A stretch of 64,000 nt of DNA from Patescibacteria group bacterium (GTDB taxonomy: Bacteria; Patescibacteriota; UBA1384; XYA2-FULL-43-10; 1-14-0-10-43-13). Location of the stretch: the NCBI GenBank assembly GCA_041666325.1, contig JBAYHC010000001.1, positions 329,708-393,707 on the forward strand. Reading direction: 5' to 3'. A program made the translations under genes and the position numbers. Each line of letters starts with the position of its first letter. Positions within the stretch are counted from its first letter, which is position 1. Positions 10,601 to 19,600 of the stretch are shown here, piece by piece. The notes beneath the pieces are model-generated. The model was not told the origin of the DNA, ran no database searches, and was given only the letters and a program-made list of their open reading frames with translations.

Positions 10601-13600
10601 CTCGAAGCTGTGATTGTGCCTCCCCCAGTACCGAGATCCAAATCGTTAGAACCAATAAATGTAGGGCTAGTATTACCAAAAACAATTGCATTGTTGTTAG
10701 TAAGGGTCATTGGTGCACCAGACGTATTGTCGAAACTCGTACCTGCATTCACAAAGGTAAAAGTGCCAGTCCCAAGCGCACTTGCGTGACCAAGATTTAG
10801 TGTTCCCCCGTATAAACTAAAACCTCCGTCGAAAGTATTGGCACCATTTAGTGTTAATGTGCCGACACCAGATTTTGATATTTTATATGAATTTACCCCA
10901 TCATCAATAATCCCCCCAACTGTCAGTGTTGACCCGTTCTGATCCAAACTTCGATTCCCACCTGATATTGTGACTGCTCCCGTACCAAGGTTTAAACTAT
11001 TTGAGCCGGTAAATGTTATTGAATTAGCAAGAATAATCGGGTTGTTATTTGACAAAGTGATTGGCGCCCCGGAGGTGTTATCAATCACGCCTCCACCTGC
11101 GTTTAGGTTTAGTGTTCCGCTACTAACAGCAGTGGGATTATTAATGTTTAGTGCCCCCCCGTCTAAGGAGGTAGTCCCAAGGTATGTATTGGCAGCATTA
11201 AGCGTTACCACACCCGCACCTGACTTGGTAAGGCCGGCCGTATTTGAGTTATCAATCGTGCTAGCAAAGGTGACATTATTAGAGTTGGTGTCGATCTTGA
11301 TAGCGCTACCGCTGCTCTTTATTCGACCAGAAATATCTTGGGTGTTGCCGCTGGCATATCGAAGCGTACCATTACTAAATGTGATGTTACCTGTTGTTCC
11401 CAGGGAACCATTCGAAAAGATCAGATAGCCAGCCGAAACCGTCGTCCCGCCGGTATAAGAGTTGCTACCAGTAATTTCTAAAGTCGCTGGACCAGCTTGA
11501 GTTAGTTTGTAGTCACCACTTATTACACCGCCAACTGTCAGTATACGCGAATTGTAGGAGAGAACGGAACAATTTGCACCCAAAGTGACCGCCCCGGAAC
11601 CTAGGTTGAGATTTTGGTCGCCATGATAGAGGTTAAAAGAAAAGCTACTGGCGTTCCAGGTCTGAGCATTATTGTTGGTCAATGTAACAGTGCCACTCGA
11701 GGAATTTTCCAGATCGCCTCCATTAATGACAAGCGTGCCCGTACCAATCGCCGTATTATGATTGATATAGAGTCTTCCAGCATTGAGCGTAACACCACCG
11801 GTAAAATCATTAGCCCCACCCAATATTAAGCCCCCGGTACTCTCCTTAATAATGCCAAAATTGCCGCTAACCACGCCGGAAAAACCAAGAGCATAGCTCG
11901 TTGAGCCATTCAATGTAAATGTGCAGTTAGCGCCTAACGTCACCGCGCCGGTACCAAAGAGTAGTGATCGAGTACCAGTAAAGGCAAAGCTGGCATTTAT
12001 TTGTACAGGATAGTTATTAGACAAAGTGATATTTCCTGCTGTGGAATTATCGATCGTCCCGCCATTTATAACCAATGTATTTGCAGCGTTACCTAGGGCA
12101 GTGGCGTGATTAATGTTAATCGTCCCGGCATTGAGTGTCACATCACCAAGAAAAGTGTTGGCGCCAGAAAGCGTAAGGGTGCCGGCATTGAGTGTCACAT
12201 CACCAGTGAATGCATTGGCCTCTGGAAGCGTAAGGGTACCGGCATCGATGGTTAGCGAACCGACGAAGGAGTTAGCACCCGATAAAGTTAGCGCACCCAC
12301 ACCCGCCTTAATAATATTGTAGCTTCCGGAAATTGCTCCCCCCACCGTAAGAGGATAGTTCGAGCTGCCAGAAGTAACAGTGCAGTTTGTACCCAGAGTT
12401 ACCGAACCGGTACCAAAGACAATCGAACGATTACCGGTATAGGAAAAGCTGGCGTTCCACTGCATAAGGTAATTATTCGCCATTGTCACTGTACTACCAC
12501 TCGTGTTATCAATCGTGCCACCATTAACGATAAATACATTAGCGGCATCACCAAGGGCAGAGGCATTATTTATATACAAGTAGCCAGCATTTAGGGTTAT
12601 ACTCTTTCCTGATCCGCCGAATGTGTTCGCACCTGATAGCTGCAATCTGCTTGGTCCCGATTTTGCAAGGCTGTAATTGCCGCCAATCACGTTGCCCACA
12701 GCCAACACTCTCACTGATGATCCATTCGTGGTAACTGTAACATCGTTGGCTAATGTTATACTTCCTGGGCCAAAAGTAAGATTCGTCGTACCTGCGAAGG
12801 CAAAGCTACTATTCCAAGTCTGAGCGTTCGTTGTTGATAAAGTTATGCTAGTACCTGATGAATTGTCGATCGTTCCACCGTTAATAATCATAGCGGCACT
12901 ACCAAGGGCTTGAGCATGATTGATATTGAATGTAGCAGTGCCTCCTATTGCGATAGAATTGGAAATCGTTGTGGGAGAACTTATTGTGAGTGTGCCAGCA
13001 TCCCACTCGATGGCCCCGCCGATAGTAAAGCTATAGAGTGAACTATTTGTCGTGAGTGTCCCCGCATAGCCACCCAAACTATAAATGTTCCTGACAGATG
13101 CCGAAGCACCGAGTGTGCAACTGGAGGATGAATTACTATCAAAGTAAGCATTATTATTGACACCAGGGGTAGACTCTCCAGTCGCACCCCCCGAGGTTTT
13201 TGACCAGTAGTTAGTGTTGTTCCAGTTTCCCCCAGCCCCAATTCGATACCGATTCTCATAAGTAAAGGTCCAGTTGGTGTTGCCGGTGTTGTTGGTGCCG
13301 TCGGTCGCCGTGATGGCATTGGTGGCGGTGGAGTCTTTGACATCAACCCAGTCGATGTTAGTGGTGCCGTTTTTCACGATGGTATAGGCACTACCGCTAG
13401 AGGAGCTGCGCAGCAAAATCATGTTGCTGTATGTGCCGGTAAGAGTAAGAACACCACCAATGGTCTGAGTTGAGCCGGCGGTGAAGGTGAGTTGTTTGCC
13501 GGCAACAGCACAAGTCAAACTATTGAATGACGTATTTCCAGTAAAGGTGGAGGTGCCCGAACCGCTGATGGTGACAGTGGAGGTGTCGGCGGTGAAAGTG

Positions 13601-16600
13601 CCGGAGTTCGTCCAGTTGCCAGGGATAGTAAAGTTGTTGCCATCGGCGGTAATGGTGCCGCTGCTATTGATGATGAGGTGTGTTGCGCCGACATTGCCCG
13701 AGCTGGCTGAATCAGGACGATAGGTGTTATTAGCCAGGACTAGAAGCGTGTCTTGGGAGGTCTGATCTGTCGCATCGGTCGAAAGATCGTTGTCGGCATT
13801 GACCTCAAAGAAAATATCCTCATTAACAGAAACAGAGTTATCGTATGAATCAAGATCAGAGTTGGCAACGGTTTGATTGTCCTCTGAACCAATTGTAAGA
13901 TGATCTTCATACAATTTCACACCGGTGATACTGCCACTGCCATCATACTTGGTAACAGCGTTAGCCTCGAGCGCGTCATCCACACCCGAGACAAAAACAG
14001 TAATAGTATCGCCAGAGTTTGGTGTTGTGACGCCAGAGATGCTAAAGGTTCCAGTGTCAAAATTAGTGGTGGCTGTTTTGCCGGTTTGAATCTCCCCATT
14101 GACCGCAACGGCAATCGTTTCATCGCTGGCACAATTGGTCGAACGGTTATATTTCTGGCAAGTGCCGGAGATGGTGATACCAAAGCCCCAATTAACGTTG
14201 TTCCCGCCGTCATTGGTATTGGTATAAGTAGGTGTTAATCCGGTCGCATTGGAATCGGTGACATCGGCGTAATCAATGGCAAAGGTACCGTTCGCAGCCA
14301 AGTTCCAGCGAGTGGGTGAGGAGGAAGAAACCAAATTGACACGATCATCGTCATCTAGACCGTCAAGAGTGAGCAAGCCGCCGACTGTCTGTGTCGTACC
14401 GGCAGTAAAGGCCAAAATAGCATCAGTGGCGTCATTGGTGCTATTGGTTTTAGTAAAGTTATTAAAAGTAGTATTACCAGAAATCGTCTGCGACGAACCG
14501 GTAAAGGTAACTGTACCCGTCCCGGCGGTAAAGCTGCCGGCATTTGACCAGTTGCCACCGACGTTGATGGTGCCGGAGGTAACAGTGATTTTACCCTTCT
14601 CGGCATTTTGATAGCTCGTGGAGATATTGCCCGAGGCGGTTAAGGTTTCGGCACCGACAGCCAGGGTAATCTCGCCAAACGGAACAGATTGGGGGGTAAT
14701 GGTTAGATTGCGAATAGTGGTAGTGCCGCTGCTTAGGGATAATGTCCGGTAGGTCATGCCTTGGTTGTAGAGGTAGAGATCATAATAAGTGTCGGTAGGA
14801 ATAGCGTAGTCGCTATTCGGAAGAATATAAAAGCCTGACGAGTTGGTTGTCCAATCCGTTGTGCCGGCGCTTTTTTCGTATGTCCCGGCCACAAGGGTGT
14901 GACTGGCGGCGGTCAGAGCGCTGCCGGCATCAGAGATAGTTAAGCCGCCATTGAAATCCATCGCGATAGTGCCGGTCAGATCGCCACCATTCAAGGTGGT
15001 AGCGCCGCTAACAGTCAGAAGTCTGGTGCTAATATCGAACGTGCCAGCCGAAACTGTCAGGCCCCCTAAGGTTTTATCGCCAGGCAAGGTGAAGGTGCCG
15101 CCGGTGCCGTTGATTTTGACAATGGCATTGGTGTAGGTCCAGTTGCGGATATTCCTGGTGCCGGAGGTGGCGGTGTACTCAACGGTGCAGGTGGCCGAGA
15201 GAGTGGGTGTAGCCGAGATTGTTTCGTCGCCGGTTTGTTTTAGAGTGGCGCCATTGGCCACCGTCATGGTAGTGGTTGTGGAAATGTTTTGACCGTTCAA
15301 GTCAAGGACGCCGACGGTGACAGTAAGCGTGCTATCAACATCGAGGCCGTTAGTTGACAGCTGGGCATAATTAGTAGAGACGCCTTTGTTGACGACGATT
15401 GCATTGAAGTCCTGAGTCGTCCCGGTGCCGCCGGTAACAATAACCGAATTGGAAGAACCGTCAAAGGTAACAGTGCTGGTGCCGGCATCCCAAGAACCGG
15501 AGTTGGTCCAGTTGCCGGCGATATTCCAGGAATTGCCATCGGCGGTAATAGTACCGCTGCTATTGATGATGAGGTGTGTTGCGCCGACATTGCCCGAGCT
15601 GGCTGAATCAGGACGATAGGTGTTATTAGCCAGGACTAGAAGCGTGTCTTGGGATGTCTGATCTGTCGCATCGGTGGAGAGATCATTGTCGGCATTTACC
15701 TCGAAGAAGATATCGTTGTGACTGGCAGCCGAAACTGAATTATCATAGTTGGCCAGATCAGAGTTTGCGATTGTTTGGTTGTCCCCTGAACCAATTGTGA
15801 GATGATCTTCATACAAAGTCATACCAGTGATGTTGCCGCTGCCGTCATACTTGGTGACGGCATTAGCCTCAAGGGCATCATCTACACCGGAGACAAAGAC
15901 GGTAATAACATCACCTGAGTTCGGTGCAGTCAAGCCGGAAATGCTAAACGAACCGGAACTTGTCGTCCCTGTATTAACATTATCAACCGTGCCATTGACC
16001 GCTACCTTGACTGTCTCTCCTTCGGCACAGTTAGTAGAGCGATCATACTTTTGGCAAGTACCAGAGAGAGTAAATGGAAGGGGAATTGTCCAGCCGGTGT
16101 TGCCCCCACCGTCGGTCGAGTTAGTTGCGGTGATTGCCGAACCTAGATTGGTGGAATTAGAAATGGTGGCATAGGAGATATTGGCCGTGGTCGGATTGAC
16201 ATTCCACACCCCAGCACCACCGCTACGCTGCAAGGTGATCGGATGAGAGTCAGCGCCAGTCACTGTCCAAGTGCCCGAGATGGTTTGGGTCGAAGCGGCG
16301 GCAAAAGACAAGGTTTGATCTTGAGTGGTGGTAGCAAAATTATTAAAAGTAGTATTACCGGAGATCGTCTGGCTTGCACCGTCAAACGTCACTGTGCCAC
16401 TGCGACCGTTGAAAGTGGCGCTATTGGCAAAGTTGCCGCCAACGTTAATATTACGATTATCAGCCGAAACATCCAGAGTACCGGCCGTCAAAGTCAAATT
16501 GCCATCGACATTTAAATCATCCTGCAAGGTATATGTGCCGTGGTAGAGTTCACTAACTTCTGACTGAGTGAGAACACGGTTGTAAATCCTAGTGTCATCG

Positions 16601-19600
16601 ATACTACCTACAAAACCATAGTTTGAACCATTGCGCGCGCCTATCTGCGCTGGAGCGGTTGAGGTGGTATCTGCAGCACTGAGCGCATCGATAACGGTTG
16701 TCAGCGTTTGCGATACACCATTGACGTATATTTTCACGCCAGAGACGCTCTCACTACCATCATACGTGGCTACGATGTGGTACCAAGTACTGTTTGATAA
16801 GGCGCTTTGCGTTGTAACACGCAAAAAGTTACCCGGCCAGCTACCTCCACCAATGGCAAAACTTAGCGTCCTGTTTGTCCCGTCTGCGCCCAAACTGTAT
16901 CCCTTTAGTGTCGCTTCTAGGTATTTATCAAAGAGCATTTCGTAATTTGTAGCCCAGTTTGATGAATTTGCCCACATATTGATACTAAAAGAATCGCTCG
17001 CATTGAAGTTTAGAGCACTTGGATTTCCTGCGCTGATATATGCACTACCGTTAAATGCTTGACCACCGCCGATTACTCCGGTGGTTGCGGTTGCTCCTGT
17101 CACCACCCCAATTCCGCCATGCGAATCGGCGCGGGTGACAGCGCCGGCTCCGGCTGAGGATTCGTCCAAGCCCCAATACGATACCAGGCTAGCTTTCTCA
17201 GCTGAAGTCAACGAGCTGTATGCCTTGCCATTACCGGCATTATAAAGAACAGTTTTTTCATCCGCCGTCAGAGTCCGCCGCCAGAAACTTATTTCGTCAA
17301 TTTGACCATTCCAAGGGTAGGTTGTGCCAGAGTACTCATGCGAACCAATCGTAAAAGCGGAGGTGCCGCCAAAAACTCCGCTGGACCAGCTAGTCGTATT
17401 CACCGTCCCATTATTAACTTGAATATTGATAGTGTTGTTGGCAGCATCATGCCAGGCAACAATAAAATACCAGGTACTTAGCGATGGTGATCCCAAGTTA
17501 TCTGCGCTTGCATTAGCAGAAACAGCCGTTCCATTGCTCGAGACATAAAAGCGAAACCGATCACCACTCGTTGGTCCGTCGTACTCCAGGACCCACTCGT
17601 TTTGAGTGCGGTCGCCGCCATGCTGCCATTTACCGACAATTACCCCGGCTTCGGGTTTGCTAGCTAAATTAACCCAACCAGATACGGTAAAATCAATATC
17701 ACCAGTCCTTAGTGACGGATTATCCACTATCCGCAGATATTCATTATTGGCTGAAGCCAGATTCGCTGCATTGCTCACCTTGCCTGCTACAGACGGGGTC
17801 GTATTATTATCAGTCAAATTATTAGCATTGGTCAGGGTCGCATCCCGGACAGTATTACCGCTTGTCTCGTCGAGATTAAAGCGGCCAACCATGCCAGAGC
17901 TGACATCGCCAGGTGCGCTGTTAAGCGTTAAATTATTGAATGTACCGGCGCCGCTCGTAACATTGCCACCGGCGCCAGCTAAAGTAACTGTGCCTGATCG
18001 GGCAGTAAAGCTACCGCCGTTATTGTTCCAATTGCCAGCGACACTTAAGCTATAATTGCTTGCCGTAACGTCAAGTGTACCGGCAGTCAAAGTTAAATTG
18101 CCGCTAACAGTTGTATCGGCCGGCAAGTTAAATGTCCCACCAGAGCCGTTTATGGTTAGGTTTGGATAGGACCAATTCTTGATCGCCCGAGTGCCGGATG
18201 TTGCAACATAGGCAACCGTTGAACCGGAAGCCAGAGTTGTGGTCCCGTTGGTGATTGTCTCGTCTCCGGTCAAGCTGAAAGTTGCGCCGCTGCTAACCGT
18301 GAAAACACCGGCCGTCGTCAAGTTTCTGCCATTGATATTGAAGGTACCGGCAGAGACAGTGGCACTTCCGCTAACGTTGAAAACGCTGCCCAACTCGACG
18401 CCAGCCGTTGCGAATGTCGCCGGTGAGCTTTGGTTGTTGTATTCAGCCGTAATCCACTCGGCGGAAAGTGCCGTATTGGAAACACGCGTTTCATCAATGA
18501 AGCCATCAAAAGTGGTTCCGTAGGTACTGCGGAATTTAGCAGCCAAACCCAAAGTCCCAAACGGGCTGCTTGCCGCGCTCAAGGTATTGCCGGCAGCACC
18601 ATTGATGTAGAGTGTACTATTGCCGCCGCTTGTCACCATCGCCAAATGGTACCAGTTCCCCGCAGAGAGTGCCGTGGACGACCAATCGCTCCATGATCCA
18701 GCAGGAACATTCCAATATTGAATTTTTGAACTAGCAAATTGAGTTGTGAAACCACCGGCAGCGCCATCAGTGTTACTAATAATTCTATCGCCGTTGACAA
18801 TAGTGTCCGGATTTATCCACATCTCAATAGTTGAGGTAGTAATCGAGTAATTTTTGAGTGTCATGATATCATCAGTGCCATCATAGCTCGTTGCAGCACC
18901 AATCTTACCGCTTGCCCCAAAAGTTACACCGCCACCCTGTGTGCCGTCATTAGCGACAGAAGTGGAATCAACAGCATTCGTTGGCCCAGCATCCGCCAAG
19001 TGGTAGATTCCCAGGTAATTGCTAGTCCAGACACTATTTTTGCCATAGGCAGATGTAGCTGTCGGCTCTACCGCCCCTGAGTTACCGTAATACATATAGA
19101 GCGTATCATCAGTCGCATCCCCAGCATCTTTTGTTGGGGTAAATTTAACCCACGCAATCAGGGCACCTGATGCATATGATTCGATTTCCCGGGCCAATGG
19201 CGTACCCGCAGAATCAGTAAACCTAATATCGGTCCCAAGTGCATTGATGTTTGACAAGCTTGAGGCCGAGATCATGACTGGAAAGTTTGCGTATGTAGCC
19301 GACGGACTTGCGACATCTGGAAACTTGGTGTGATCAATCGTAATAACCCTGCGGTATTGCCAACTCGGGGTGCTGGTCTGAAGCTCGCCCGCACCCGAAT
19401 GTGCAAAGTTATTAAACGGCGTATAGCCCATCGCAAGAGTTTGTATGCCGCTAGTTTTTGTGAAATCTACTGTACCGGAGTTGTGAAGAAAAGTTCCATC
19501 TGTCTGGCTCCAGTTCCCTGCTGTTGAGAGAGTTCCGCTTGTCGATGTGAACACTCCACCCGATAAAGTAAAATTGCCACTATTGGTGATAGCCGAGTTT

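Noticed and set aside
13658-15654. Repeat pair as a diversity-generating retroelement TR/VR
   Set aside because: Both copies are coding, flanking differences are mostly synonymous rather than adenine-specific, and no reverse transcriptase is in the window
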